Assembly (NCBI GenBank): GCA_039797215.1
Contig: JBDKIG010000001.1
Span: forward strand, 6,050-70,049
Direction of reading: 5' to 3'
Source: Verrucomicrobiota bacterium
Lineage (GTDB): Bacteria > Verrucomicrobiota > Verrucomicrobiia > Chthoniobacterales > Terrimicrobiaceae
Length of the DNA stretch: 64,000 nt
Part shown: positions 1 through 9,255 of the stretch, piece by piece
Layout: each line of letters opens with the position of its first letter
How positions within the stretch are numbered: position 1 is the first letter of the stretch
Program-made: the position numbers and the translations under genes
The notes under the pieces: generated by a model
Database searches by the model: none
What the model was told of the DNA's origin: nothing
The model's input: the letters and a program-made list of their open reading frames with translations, nothing else

Positions 1-413
1 ATCAGAGAGCCCACGATTTTTTGACCGCGCCTGCCCTCCACCCAATGCGGCAAGCGCTCGCGAGTGAACCGTCGGCAGAATGAAAGAACTCGCCTGGTGA
101 ATGAAATCACCCCGACCCAGAACTGACCGTGAATCCGAAGTCCGCCGGCCGATTTGGGCAGCGAAGGGGAGTTTTTTCCGCAGGTCATTTGCCAGCCAAG
201 AGCAATGAATGTCGCCCCGCAAATCATGGTTAGCGGCCCCAGCGGAATGGGCTGAATGAACGGAATCGCGAGAAGAATGGACGCGAAGCAAAATCCATTG
301 GGCCCGATCTGATCCAGGGTATCCGAAAGCAAAATCCCCTCACGCGCCGCCCGATCCGCGCAATCGCTTAAGATATGATCGATGTTTATTGTGTCAGGAA
401 ATTCTCGGGGCAT
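1..413 (-). CDS. ExoD-family exopolysaccharide-synthesis membrane protein (N-terminal part only; gene runs off the left edge)
   Basis: My own minus-strand translation from the ATG at 413..411 gives MPREFPDTINIDHILSDCADRAAREGILLSDTLDQIGPNGFCFASILLAIPFIQPIPLGPLTMICGATFIALGWQ... and stays open to position 1. The pattern resembles the ExoD family N-terminal/TM region. It is absent from the ORF track because the window edge truncates it. It overlaps the end of the upstream gene by 20 nt. Confidence 0.55.
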   Translation of the reverse strand, partial: MPREFPDTINIDHILSDCADRAAREGILLSDTLDQIGPNGFCFASILLAIPFIQPIPLGPLTMICGATFIALGWQMTCGKNSPSLPKSAGGLRIHGQFWVGVISFTRRVLSFCRRFTRERLPHWVEGRRGQKIVGSL

Positions 414-822
414 TGCTACGAAGTTCGGGATTCCGCTCGAGCACTCTGGCGAGGATTCTCGCGTCATCGGTGAGGCCGATTTCGGGAATGGAGTCCGGAA
501 TCAAGTCCACGCCTTTTAAGATATAGCTGGCAGCCACCCCCGCCTCGGCCAAATGCGCGGGAATCGGATCCTGCAGCCCTTCAAGTTGGTCGGATTCGAT
601 CCAGCGAATCAGGAGTTCGACCCCTTGCTGAAGGTCAAAATGAATTTGCGCCTGCTCGGTTTGCATTTTGGAACGCAGGGCATCGACATGATCTCGAAGC
701 GACAGGAAATCGGAAGCGTTATAGTTTTCCACTTCGGACTCGATGAATTCATCGATCGAAATGGCCTTCCCGGGATTTAGCGGCGACATGATGATTGGAG
801 ACCTGTGAATGAGAGGTTTCAT
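394..822 (-). CDS. DUF1232 (YkvA-like) domain protein
   Basis: The C-terminal motif GVAASYILKGVDLIPDSIPEIGLTDDA matches the DUF1232 signature (DLIPD.IP..G..DD). I chose the ATG at 822..820 because it forms an ATGA overlap with the stop of the upstream peptidase gene (819..821). The ATG at 789 is an alternative start. Confidence 0.6.
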   Translation of the reverse strand: MKPLIHRSPIIMSPLNPGKAISIDEFIESEVENYNASDFLSLRDHVDALRSKMQTEQAQIHFDLQQGVELLIRWIESDQLEGLQDPIPAHLAEAGVAASYILKGVDLIPDSIPEIGLTDDARILARVLERNPELRSNAPRIS

Positions 823-1511
823 TCTTCGCGGCGCCCCATGATGAGCGGCAGGAGGTGCCATAGGAAGTAGGCAAGCGAGGTAATGAAGGCGGCGACATAG
901 GTCCAAGCGGCGGCATTGAGCACGCGGTTGACGCCATCCTCCTCATGCATGGCCGCGAGGATTCCGGAGTTCCTAAGAGCGACTTTCGCCCGGGCCGAGG
1001 CGTCAAACTCAACCGGCAGCGTCACGAGGTTAAAAATCATGATCACTCCCCAGCCCGCAGCCATGAGAACGATCCCGGTGTGGGTATTCACAAAACCTGT
1101 AAACATGCCGATCAATGGCAGCCACATGACAATCTGGCTGGCGATCTGAGTGGCCCCGACGGCCGCCATGCGCAGATGGAGCGGGGCATAGGCTCTGGAA
1201 TGCTGGATGGCGTGCCCAGCTTCATGGGCCGCCACGGCAAGCGCCGCCACGGACGTGCCATGGTAATTATTGGCACTAAGAACCAATCGGCGATGCGATG
1301 GGTCGTAGTGATCCGTTAATTCCCCCTCGCAGGGTTCGATCGAAACACCGTCCACGCCGGCATCTTGAAGGACGCGGGCGGCGGCTTGAGCCCCGGTGAG
1401 ACCTGTAAGCGAAGGCTCTTGGGAGTATTTGCGGTAAACGCTTTTTACCCTGGCAGAGGCCCAGAAGGACAAACCCAGGGTGCCGATGAAGAGAAGAAGT
1501 GGTAGTAGCAT
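819..1511 (-). CDS. Putative neutral zinc metallopeptidase (Zn_peptidase_2 family), membrane-anchored
   Basis: 230-aa ORF with an N-terminal TM segment, the HExxH motif HEAGHAIQH, and C-terminal TM segments typical of this family. Confidence 0.85.
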   Translation of the reverse strand: MLLPLLLFIGTLGLSFWASARVKSVYRKYSQEPSLTGLTGAQAAARVLQDAGVDGVSIEPCEGELTDHYDPSHRRLVLSANNYHGTSVAALAVAAHEAGHAIQHSRAYAPLHLRMAAVGATQIASQIVMWLPLIGMFTGFVNTHTGIVLMAAGWGVIMIFNLVTLPVEFDASARAKVALRNSGILAAMHEEDGVNRVLNAAAWTYVAAFITSLAYFLWHLLPLIMGRREE

Positions 1512-1686
1512 GGTGAGGAAGATGGCAAACGAGGGTTGATTTGAAAATTACGAAAATCAAAATGATGCGTTTGAATTTTCTGAAGAGTAGATTTCCAATT
1601 TGCAGGAGTCCTCTCTTCTGCATTTTTGGCAGTGCTTGCTGAAACAGCCAACCGCGAATGGATCGCAAAGGCCCCCTACAAAGCAC

Positions 1687-1710
1687 GAAGGCGGCCAAAT
1701 GGCCGCCTTC
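1687..1710. terminator. 10-bp GC-rich hairpin about 60 nt downstream of nusG (no clear U-tract)
   Basis: GAAGGCGGCC-AAAT-GGCCGCCTTC is a perfect stem. On the minus strand it follows the nusG stop (1771) but lacks a following T-run, so its terminator function is uncertain. Confidence 0.3.
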
Positions 1711-1770
1711 AAAAACTTCATCGCCGATCGCCTCCTGTGAGCTGCTGGAGGCTTGGCGGAGTTGAAAAAA

Positions 1771-2334
1771 TCAGGCTTTCTCGACCTGCCAGTATTCGAG
1801 GTCCACGAGCGTATCGCGGCCAAAGATGCTGACAGAGACGCGGAGTTTGCCGCGCTCGGGATCGATTTCTTCGACAAGACCGTTCTGGTTTTGGAACGGA
1901 CCATCGGCAACTTTCACTTTGTCGCCCACTTCGAATTGGATTTTGGGTTTTACCGAATCCTCGCGGTCGCGAATTTGCGCGAGCAGGCCTTCGACCTCTT
2001 TGGGGCGCATAGGAATCGGATGGTCCTTGGTGCCGGCGAAGCCGAGGACTCCATTGGTTTCCTTGATGAAATACCAGGTCTTGTCGATGAGTTGGTTGTT
2101 CTCATCGAGCAGGTGCATGTTGGCGATGATGTAACCAGGGAAAAACTTGCGAGTTGTCTCGGTTTTTTTACCACGCTTGATCTCCTGAACGCGTTCGGTG
2201 GGAATCAGGACCTCGTAGACATGGTCGCCCATTTCCTCGGTCGCGATGCGGCGGTCGATGTTTTCCTTAACTTTGGTCTCCTGTCCGGAGAGCACATGAA
2301 CAACATACCACTGGTCTTTCGGGGCGATGGGCAT
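1771..2334 (-). CDS. nusG: Transcription termination/antitermination factor NusG
   Basis: 187 aa. It has the NGN start (WYVVHVLSGQETKV) and a KOW region (GDKVKVADGPFQNQNGLVEEID). It sits in the canonical position after secE. Confidence 0.95.
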   Translation of the reverse strand: MPIAPKDQWYVVHVLSGQETKVKENIDRRIATEEMGDHVYEVLIPTERVQEIKRGKKTETTRKFFPGYIIANMHLLDENNQLIDKTWYFIKETNGVLGFAGTKDHPIPMRPKEVEGLLAQIRDREDSVKPKIQFEVGDKVKVADGPFQNQNGLVEEIDPERGKLRVSVSIFGRDTLVDLEYWQVEKA

Positions 2335-2360
2335 TGGAAGAAAGTAATTCGGGGGGAGAT

Positions 2361-2576
2361 TCAGGGCTTCGTCAGAAATCCGACGACATTGATTAGGATG
2401 AAATCAAAAAAAGCGATGTAGCCGCCAAGGATCAGCATCGCGATAAAAACCACGACGGTCGAGTCGGTGAGTTCCTTGAAACGCTTGAACCCCTTTTCAT
2501 TCGGATCCCAAGGCCATTGGGCCTTGCCGAGTTCGACACGAACCTCGGAAGTGAATTTGCGGACTTTGGAAAACAT
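2361..2576 (-). CDS. secE: Preprotein translocase subunit SecE
   Basis: 71 aa with a single C-terminal TM segment, located between tRNA-Trp and nusG as in the conserved tuf-tRNATrp-secE-nusG arrangement. Confidence 0.9.
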   Translation of the reverse strand: MFSKVRKFTSEVRVELGKAQWPWDPNEKGFKRFKELTDSTVVVFIAMLILGGYIAFFDFILINVVGFLTKP

Positions 2577-2598
2577 CGTTTTTTAAAATTAGGCGCCA

Positions 2599-2671
2599 CA
2601 GGTCAGGAGGGACTCGAACCCCCAACAAGCGGTTTTGGAGACCGCTGCTCTACCAATTGAGCTACTGACCT
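2599..2671 (-). tRNA. tRNA-Trp (anticodon CCA)
   Basis: Manual fold of the reverse complement: acceptor AGGTCAG/CTGACCT, anticodon stem GCGGT/ACCGC with loop CTCCAAA (anticodon CCA), T-loop TTCGAGT. 73 nt; the 3' CCA is not encoded. Confidence 0.9.
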
Positions 2672-2703
2672 TTGGATTAAAAATCCTGCCTATGAATTGG
2701 CGC

Positions 2704-3888
2704 TTAGGCAATAATGTCGGCGACGCGACCGGCACCCACGGTGCGGCCACCTTCGCGGATCGCGAAGCGGATGGTCTTCTCCATGGCGATCGGAGTGATG
2801 AGCTCGACTTCCACAGAAACATTGTCACCAGGCATAACCATTTCGACACCTTCAGGCAATTTGACAGTTCCGGTCACATCGGTGGTGCGGAAGTAAAATT
2901 GTGGGCGGTAGTTCGAGAAGAATGGAGTGTGGCGGCCACCCTCGTCTTTGGAGAGGACATAGACCTCAGCCTTGAACTTGGTGTGGGGCTTGATCGAGCC
3001 GGGCTTGGCGATGACCTGACCGCGCTCGATGTCTTCTTTCTTGGTGCCGCGAAGAAGCACGCCGACATTGTCACCGGCTTCGGCGCTGTCGAGGAGCTTG
3101 CGGAACATTTCGATGTCCGTAACGGTGGTCTTGGCTGTTGGCTTGAGACCGACGATTTCGACTTCCTCCATTTTCTTGAGGATGCCGCGCTCGACACGAC
3201 CGGTAGCGACAGTGCCGCGACCTTCGATGTTGAACACATCTTCCACGGGCATGAGGAATGGCAGATCCTTCGGACGCTCTGGCGTGGGGATGTATTCATC
3301 CACGGCAGCCATGAGGTTGAGGATTTCTTTTTCGTAGGTGGCGTCACCTTCGAGGGCCTTAAGGGCGGAACCCTTGATGATTGGAATGGCGTCGCCAGGG
3401 AATTCGTATTTGCTGAGAAGTTCGCGGATTTCCATCTCGACGAGTTCAAGGAGATCCTTGTCGTCAACCATGTCGACCTTGTTCATGAAAACAACGATCG
3501 AAGGCACGCCGACTTGGCGGGCGAGAAGGATGTGCTCACGGGTCTGAGGCATTGGGCCGTCGGCAGCACTGCAAACGAGGATCGCGCCGTCCATCTGGGC
3601 TGCGCCGGTGATCATGTTTTTGACATAGTCGGCGTGGCCGGGGCAATCGACATGGGCGTAGTGACGATTTGCGGTCTCGTATTCGACGTGGGCCGTGTTG
3701 ATCGTGATGCCGCGCTCTTGTTCTTCAGGAGCTGCATCGATTTCGTCGTATTTCTTGGCCGTGGCGCCGCCGCTTTTTGCCAAAACGGTGGTAATTGCTG
3801 CGGTGAGTGTGGTTTTGCCGTGGTCGACATGGCCAATCGTGCCGATGTTGACGTGCGGTTTATTGCGCTGGAACTGTTCTTTAGCCAT
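2704..3888 (-). CDS. tuf: Elongation factor Tu
   Basis: 394 aa with the unmistakable EF-Tu sequence ([22 protein letters not shown]). Confidence 0.98.
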   Translation of the reverse strand: MAKEQFQRNKPHVNIGTIGHVDHGKTTLTAAITTVLAKSGGATAKKYDEIDAAPEEQERGITINTAHVEYETANRHYAHVDCPGHADYVKNMITGAAQMDGAILVCSAADGPMPQTREHILLARQVGVPSIVVFMNKVDMVDDKDLLELVEMEIRELLSKYEFPGDAIPIIKGSALKALEGDATYEKEILNLMAAVDEYIPTPERPKDLPFLMPVEDVFNIEGRGTVATGRVERGILKKMEEVEIVGLKPTAKTTVTDIEMFRKLLDSAEAGDNVGVLLRGTKKEDIERGQVIAKPGSIKPHTKFKAEVYVLSKDEGGRHTPFFSNYRPQFYFRTTDVTGTVKLPEGVEMVMPGDNVSVEVELITPIAMEKTIRFAIREGGRTVGAGRVADIIA

Positions 3889-3929
3889 CTTGGGTTGTTA
3901 TTTTTTGGTTATTGAGGATCGAGGGAAAG

Positions 3930-4005
<76 letters not shown>

Positions 4006-4140
4006 ATCTAGCGGCTAGGGCCGCATCGTTCGCGCTTCGATCCGCGTGGTTATGTCTCCCGTGGTTGGAGGCGAGGACGCTGACCGCCCGCACAATCGGC
4101 GAGCGGTTGGTGTCATCTCCCCCATCCAATGGGAAGGCAG

Positions 4141-4168
4141 AACCTAGCCGTTCGAATTTTCGTGTCAA
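4141..4168 (-). promoter_or_regulatory. Candidate sigma70-type promoter for tRNA-Thr/tuf
   Basis: On the minus strand: TTGACA (4168..4163), a 16-nt spacer, then TAGGTT (4146..4141). It lies about 135 nt upstream of tRNA-Thr in the only sizeable gap upstream of the cluster. This is pattern match only. Confidence 0.3.
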
Positions 4169-4218
4169 AAACAAATTGACGATTTGAGAGAGGGGCGAAA
4201 TCGAGCGCCGAGAGAGAG

Positions 4219-4884
4219 TCAACCCTTTGAGGCCCGCGAATGAATTTCGCGGAGCATGGAGGGGGGCACCCCGGCGAGTGACTCGAGTGCGCCGGTGGCG
4301 GCACCCAATTCCGAAAGGGAGTTCGTCGTGGCCACGGCGAGAACAGGGATTCCCGCACGATGGGCGGCCTCGATGCCGGCATGGGCGTCTTCGATCACCA
4401 AGCAATCGGCAGGAGCCAGGAAAAGCATTCGGGCAGCGAGCAAAAAAATATCAGGAGCCGGCTTCCCATGTTCGACATCATCTCCACAGGCCACGGCATC
4501 AAAAAATTCCCCGAGCCCCGTGGCGGAAAAAATCGCTTCGAGATTTTGGCGGGGGGTGGACGATCCGATGGCTCGGGGGATTTTCTCGGAGCGAAGGGCC
4601 TCCAGCAACTCGCGGGCTCCGGGGAGGATTTGGACTCCGCGATCTCGGACGAGTTCGCGGTAGATCGTCTCCTTGCGTTCCGCGAGTTTGGAAATCTCAG
4701 CGGGATCTTTTGCCCAACCGAGGATCTCTGGAATGATGACTTCGTTCTTTTTTCCGAATCCCCGCTTGAAATGCCCTTCGGGTAGCGGTCTGGAAATTTC
4801 GTCGGAGAGGATTTCCCAAGACCGTTCGTGCTCGGCGGAGGAGTCGATCACCACTCCGTCCCAATCAAAAATGACACCCTTCAT
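4219..4884 (-). CDS. HAD-IA family hydrolase (beta-phosphoglucomutase-like)
   Basis: It has the DxD motif at the N-terminus (VIFDWDGVVIDS), GSST, and GKPAPD...EDAHAGIEAA, all typical of the HAD-IA family. Confidence 0.85.
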   Translation of the reverse strand: MKGVIFDWDGVVIDSSAEHERSWEILSDEISRPLPEGHFKRGFGKKNEVIIPEILGWAKDPAEISKLAERKETIYRELVRDRGVQILPGARELLEALRSEKIPRAIGSSTPRQNLEAIFSATGLGEFFDAVACGDDVEHGKPAPDIFLLAARMLFLAPADCLVIEDAHAGIEAAHRAGIPVLAVATTNSLSELGAATGALESLAGVPPSMLREIHSRASKG

Positions 4885-6152
4885 GCAGAAAGAAGACGAC
4901 GAAGCATCTTCACATCAGGATTGGGACCGACGACGGCCACCGTGATGCGGGATGGATCGAGGATTTGGCCGGCGGCCTCGCGGACTTCATCGGCAGTCAC
5001 CCGGCGGATTCGTTCGTTCACAAGTTCGGGCTCGATGATTTCGCCGTGGGCGAGGATCGAACCGCCGAGCCGCATGTTCTGGCTGGAGGCGCGTTCCAAC
5101 GACATTCGTGCGGAACCGATCGAGTATTCCTTGGCGCGGCGCAGTTCCGCAGCCGGAAGATTTTTTTTGGAAAGCGACTCGCACTGGGCAAGCACGATCG
5201 AAAGGGATTTTTCGATATTGCGACGATCGAGTCCGGCGGAGACGCCGAGGTAGCCGCCATCGTTGAGGGTGAGAATATGCGAACTGACCGAGTAGCAGAG
5301 GCCGCGTTTCTCGCGAAGTTCTTGGAACAGCCGCGAAGTGGCGTTCGCCCCGAGAACGACATGAAGGAGGAGCGCGGCATATCGGCGCTCATCGCAATGA
5401 CTGAATCCGGGAAACGCCATCGAGAGCTGGGTCTGCTGAATGTCGCGGTCGATCGTGGCGATTCGCGGAGACTCGTGCGGCGCGGGGCAGCGTTTTGCCG
5501 CCGGGGGCTTGCTTTTGGAAAGTCCCTCCAAAAGCCGCGCGACGGAATCCACGACTTGGTCGTGATCCACTTTGCCGGCGGCAGTCACCACGGTGCTGGC
5601 GGCATTGTAGTGCGATGCCCGATAGGCGCGGAAAGCCTCGGCATCCATCGCTTCGATAGTTTGCAGAGTGCCGGTGATCGGCCTTCCGAGCGGATGGCCC
5701 TCCCAAAATTTTCCCTCGAGCAATTCCTCCACCAGCGAGGACGGCTCGTCTTGATACATCAAAATTTCTTCGGCGATGACGCCCCGCTCGCGGTCGATGT
5801 CTCGCGGCGCCATGCGAGGATTCATGTAGAGGTCGCAAAGCACATCGCACACGCGCGGGAAGTGCTCGGCCGCCGCCGTGGCGTAGTAGCATGTCCGCTC
5901 TTCGGCGGTGAAAGCATTCATGTCGCCCCCCACCCCCTCGATTTCTTCCATGATTCGTCGGGCGGAGCGGCGGGCGGTGCCTTTGAAGAGCATGTGCTCG
6001 ATGAAGTGCGAGATGCCGTTGAGTTTTGCCGGTTCGTGGCGACCTCCCACCGAAGCCCAAATACCCATTGAAGCCGTTTCGGCGTGGGGCATTTCGCAAG
6101 TGGCGACGCGAAGGCCGCCGGGAAGTTTGGTGAGCCGGGTTTTATTTGCCAT
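4881..6152 (-). CDS. M16-family (pitrilysin/insulinase-like) zinc peptidase
   Basis: It carries the inverted zinc motif HxxEH (HFIEHMLFKGT) and has M16 N- and C-domain length. I set the start at the ATG at 6152 (MANKTRLTKLPGG...); the ATG at 6164 is also possible. Its 3' end overlaps the HAD gene start by 4 nt. Confidence 0.85.
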   Translation of the reverse strand: MANKTRLTKLPGGLRVATCEMPHAETASMGIWASVGGRHEPAKLNGISHFIEHMLFKGTARRSARRIMEEIEGVGGDMNAFTAEERTCYYATAAAEHFPRVCDVLCDLYMNPRMAPRDIDRERGVIAEEILMYQDEPSSLVEELLEGKFWEGHPLGRPITGTLQTIEAMDAEAFRAYRASHYNAASTVVTAAGKVDHDQVVDSVARLLEGLSKSKPPAAKRCPAPHESPRIATIDRDIQQTQLSMAFPGFSHCDERRYAALLLHVVLGANATSRLFQELREKRGLCYSVSSHILTLNDGGYLGVSAGLDRRNIEKSLSIVLAQCESLSKKNLPAAELRRAKEYSIGSARMSLERASSQNMRLGGSILAHGEIIEPELVNERIRRVTADEVREAAGQILDPSRITVAVVGPNPDVKMLRRLLSA

Positions 6153-7161
6153 CGGTCGAATCATCGGGAGTTCCAGCGGAAGGGTGAAGTCGCAAAAAAT
6201 CGACAACGCGCCGGGAGGTTTCGGCCGCACCGCGCCCGAGCAGCACGAGGTGACCTTGGCCTGGCAGCGTTAAAATCTCAGCGGGAGCAAAACGGGAGTG
6301 ATCCCCCGATCCGGCTGGCACTACCTTGTCGCTCGCTCCTTGAACGAGAAGTGTGGGCGTCTTCAATGAACGGATCGAGGCCAAGGGTTGAGCTAGGTCG
6401 TTTTCCATTCCGATTTCTCGCGACGATTGCGGAGCGAGCGAAGAAAGGAGGTCTTGGAATCTCTCCAACTCGGAGAGCTCTTGAAGAAAACTGTCGATCC
6501 AAGTCAGGCGCTCAACGGCTCCTCCCGAGGAGGTGAGATCAAATGCCTTCCCAAGAACTTTCTCAGGATCGCGAGCCGCATTTTTTAAAAACCAATCCGA
6601 GGCAGCATCTCCCCCGACTTGATCAGCCAGAACCCGGGGAAATGGAATTCCAGGGGCGGGCGGAGTTTCCGAAGTGGCCGCAGAAACCAGCGCCAACGAC
6701 GAGGCTCGATCCGGGAAATTTTTTGCAAACTCGATCGCTGCCGAGGCTCCCCAACCGAGCCCGATGACGGAGGCTTGGGAAATTTCCAGATAGTCCAGAA
6801 GTTGAGCGACCGCTTCGGCTTGGTTTTGCGGGGCAGGGCCTGTGGATAGAGGGGTTCGGAGATAGCCCGGACGGGAAGGCGCGATGATTTGAAAACCCTC
6901 CTCCTCTAAAAAACCACCGAGGGCGAGGGCCTGATCGTAGCCGCCGGGAGCCGAATGAAAAATCAGCACCGGCGCGCCGGACCCACGCACGGCGAATTCC
7001 ATTTCCCCAGCGGGAAGTTTCACCACCTCCGAACGAGCAGCCAGGTCGAGCATTTGACCGGCGCGCCAGGATTGGAACCACGCCAAGTATCCACCAAGGA
7101 CCAAGAGCGCCAGCACGGCGACCAGAAACAAAATCCTCAGCAGGAGGCGTCGTGTTGTCAT
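6142..7161 (-). CDS. Alpha/beta-hydrolase-fold protein with N-terminal TM anchor (nucleophile elbow appears degenerate)
   Basis: It has an N-terminal TM segment (LLLRILFLVAVLALLVLGGYLAW), an oxyanion-type HSAPGG, and a C-terminal GQGH. The position expected for GxSxG reads G-L-G-W-G. Confidence 0.75.
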   Translation of the reverse strand: MTTRRLLLRILFLVAVLALLVLGGYLAWFQSWRAGQMLDLAARSEVVKLPAGEMEFAVRGSGAPVLIFHSAPGGYDQALALGGFLEEEGFQIIAPSRPGYLRTPLSTGPAPQNQAEAVAQLLDYLEISQASVIGLGWGASAAIEFAKNFPDRASSLALVSAATSETPPAPGIPFPRVLADQVGGDAASDWFLKNAARDPEKVLGKAFDLTSSGGAVERLTWIDSFLQELSELERFQDLLSSLAPQSSREIGMENDLAQPLASIRSLKTPTLLVQGASDKVVPAGSGDHSRFAPAEILTLPGQGHLVLLGRGAAETSRRVVDFLRLHPSAGTPDDSTDGK

Positions 7162-7164
7162 GGT

Positions 7165-8274
7165 TCAGCGTTTCGACAAGCGGAAGAACAGCACGGTGCC
7201 GAGCCCGAAAAATACGAGATTCGGAATCCAGATCAGCATCTGGGGAAAGGCTTCGGCTTTTCCGCGAAAGGTGTCGGCCATCAAAATAAAAAAGAAATAA
7301 CTGAAGGCCACGACGAGACTGATCGCAAATCCCACTGAGGTTTCTTTTCGGTGCGTGGTGATGCCGAGAGGAATGGCGATCAGGGCAAAGGCAATGCAGG
7401 AGAGCGAGGTCGAGAAGCGTTTATTCAGCTCCACAAGCGCCTCCAGATGCTTCTTGCCCTCGATCGTTTTGAGCAACTCCAACAACTCTGGAAGCGTGTA
7501 GGAGCTCAGTCGGCGGTTGGTTTGGAATTCCTTGAAAAAACGGTCGAGCGCCAAGGGAAATACTCCCTCTTTCATAACAATCCCCTGCTGGATTTTCGTG
7601 AGGTCGGCGGGATTCTTGGAGTCGCGCTGCTCGAATCTCGCATCGAACAACCTCAGCAGCAGCCGGGAATTTTCGATATCCGGCTTCAACTCGCCCTCCA
7701 TCGCGTGAATCATTTTGGTAGGGCGGGAACTTTCATCCATCTCGATGACGATGATATTTTGAAGGCGTTCGCCATCCTTGCCGCCGACATAGACGCGCCG
7801 GTCCGGAAAGGCGTCCACAATCTCATCTGCCCGGAAAAGTGCGGCGGGATTGCTCGTCGCGATATCCACGATCGCTCGGGTCATCGCCTGCTCAGCGCGG
7901 GGTGCGACATCGATATTGATCCAAAAACAAATACCCGTGAGCAGGACCGACAGAATAAAAACCGGAACGCAAATGCGCGGCACACTGATGCCGCTGGACT
8001 TGAGCGCGATCAACTCGCTATCCGCGGACATGCGACCGAACACCAGCAGGATCGCGGTAAGAAATCCCCACGGAATCGTGAATGTCAGCGAAAATGGCAA
8101 CACGAGCGCCATGAAGGCCAGAACGGTTAAAATCGGAACATCCGGGTTATTGACGAGGACATTCAGCAGTTCCTTGAAAATATTCCCGAGAACCAGAACG
8201 AGGCTGAGAATCAAGACGCCCATGAATGCTGTCACCAGCACACTGGAAGCTACATAGCGGTCAAAAATCCTCAT
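7165..8274 (-). CDS. LptF/LptG-family LPS export permease
   Basis: 369 aa. It has the typical start MRIFDRYV, six TM segments, and a periplasmic middle domain. Confidence 0.85.
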   Translation of the reverse strand: MRIFDRYVASSVLVTAFMGVLILSLVLVLGNIFKELLNVLVNNPDVPILTVLAFMALVLPFSLTFTIPWGFLTAILLVFGRMSADSELIALKSSGISVPRICVPVFILSVLLTGICFWINIDVAPRAEQAMTRAIVDIATSNPAALFRADEIVDAFPDRRVYVGGKDGERLQNIIVIEMDESSRPTKMIHAMEGELKPDIENSRLLLRLFDARFEQRDSKNPADLTKIQQGIVMKEGVFPLALDRFFKEFQTNRRLSSYTLPELLELLKTIEGKKHLEALVELNKRFSTSLSCIAFALIAIPLGITTHRKETSVGFAISLVVAFSYFFFILMADTFRGKAEAFPQMLIWIPNLVFFGLGTVLFFRLSKR

Positions 8275-8292
8275 CCGGGGCGGAATCGCGGT

Positions 8293-9249
8293 TTACTCCT
8301 CGAAGATTCCCATTCGGCGGAATTTTTCGTAGCGGCTCGTGAGGAGTTTTTCGATCGGGGTCTTGGAGAGGACTTGGAGTTCCTTTTCGATTGTCGCACG
8401 AATGTTGTCAGCGGCCTGTTCGGGATCGCAATGGGCGCCACCGGCCGGTTCGGGAATCACGCCGTCCACGAGGCCCATTTTCACAAGATCGGGAGCGCAG
8501 AGTTTCAGCGCCTCGGCGGCTTCCGGAGCGTGTTTGCGATGCTTCCAAAGAATCGCCGCACATCCCTCGGGGCTGATCACCGAGTAGTAGGCATTCTCCA
8601 GCATGAGCACGCGGTCGGCCACGCCGATCCCCAAAGCACCGCCGGACCCACCTTCGCCGATGACGATGGAAATAATGGGAGTCCGCAGGGCCATCATGTC
8701 GCGTATGTTAACAGCGATCGCCTCGGCGATGTGACGCTCTTCGGCCCCGATTCCGGGATACGCGCCCGGCGTGTCGATGAAGGCCACAAATGGGAATCCA
8801 AACTTCTCCGCCATGCGCATGAGGCGAAGGGCCTTCCGGTAACCCTCCGGGTGTGGACTCCCGAAATTGCGAAGAAGGTTTTCCTTCATGTCGCGTCCCT
8901 TTTGCTGGCCGATCACCACGCAACGAATGCCGCCAATCGTGGCAAGACCGCCAGGCATGGAGGCATCATCCCCGAAAAGCCGGTCGCCCTTGAGTTCCAC
9001 AAAATCAGTGCAGGCCATCCGGACATAATCGAGGAAGAACGGGCGCGCGATGTGGCGCGAGATTTGCACGCGTTGCCAAGCGGTCAGGCTCCCGTAAACC
9101 ATCTCGCGGGTGGCCTCGATTTTGCGCTGCATGCTCTCGATCTCGCTTCGGAGATCGATTTTGCGCTCCTCGGATTGGCGGAGCAACTCCCCGAGCTTTT
9201 GCTCGAGTTCGACGATTGGTTTTTCAAAATCCAGGGTCTGCTTGTTCAT
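8293..9249 (-). CDS. accA: Acetyl-CoA carboxylase carboxyltransferase alpha subunit
   Basis: 318 aa with clear AccA sequence (FIDTPGAYPGIGAEERHIAEAIA, VIGEGGSGGALG). Confidence 0.95.
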   Translation of the reverse strand: MNKQTLDFEKPIVELEQKLGELLRQSEERKIDLRSEIESMQRKIEATREMVYGSLTAWQRVQISRHIARPFFLDYVRMACTDFVELKGDRLFGDDASMPGGLATIGGIRCVVIGQQKGRDMKENLLRNFGSPHPEGYRKALRLMRMAEKFGFPFVAFIDTPGAYPGIGAEERHIAEAIAVNIRDMMALRTPIISIVIGEGGSGGALGIGVADRVLMLENAYYSVISPEGCAAILWKHRKHAPEAAEALKLCAPDLVKMGLVDGVIPEPAGGAHCDPEQAADNIRATIEKELQVLSKTPIEKLLTSRYEKFRRMGIFEE

Positions 9250-9255
9250 GGCTTG

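Noticed and set aside
4006-4140. A possible additional or degenerate tRNA upstream of tRNA-Thr, since tRNA-Tyr/Gly often precede tuf clusters. The region contains a T-loop-like CGCGGATCGAAGCGCG.
   Set aside because: I could not build an acceptor stem or anticodon arm around it. This is most likely just 5' leader sequence.
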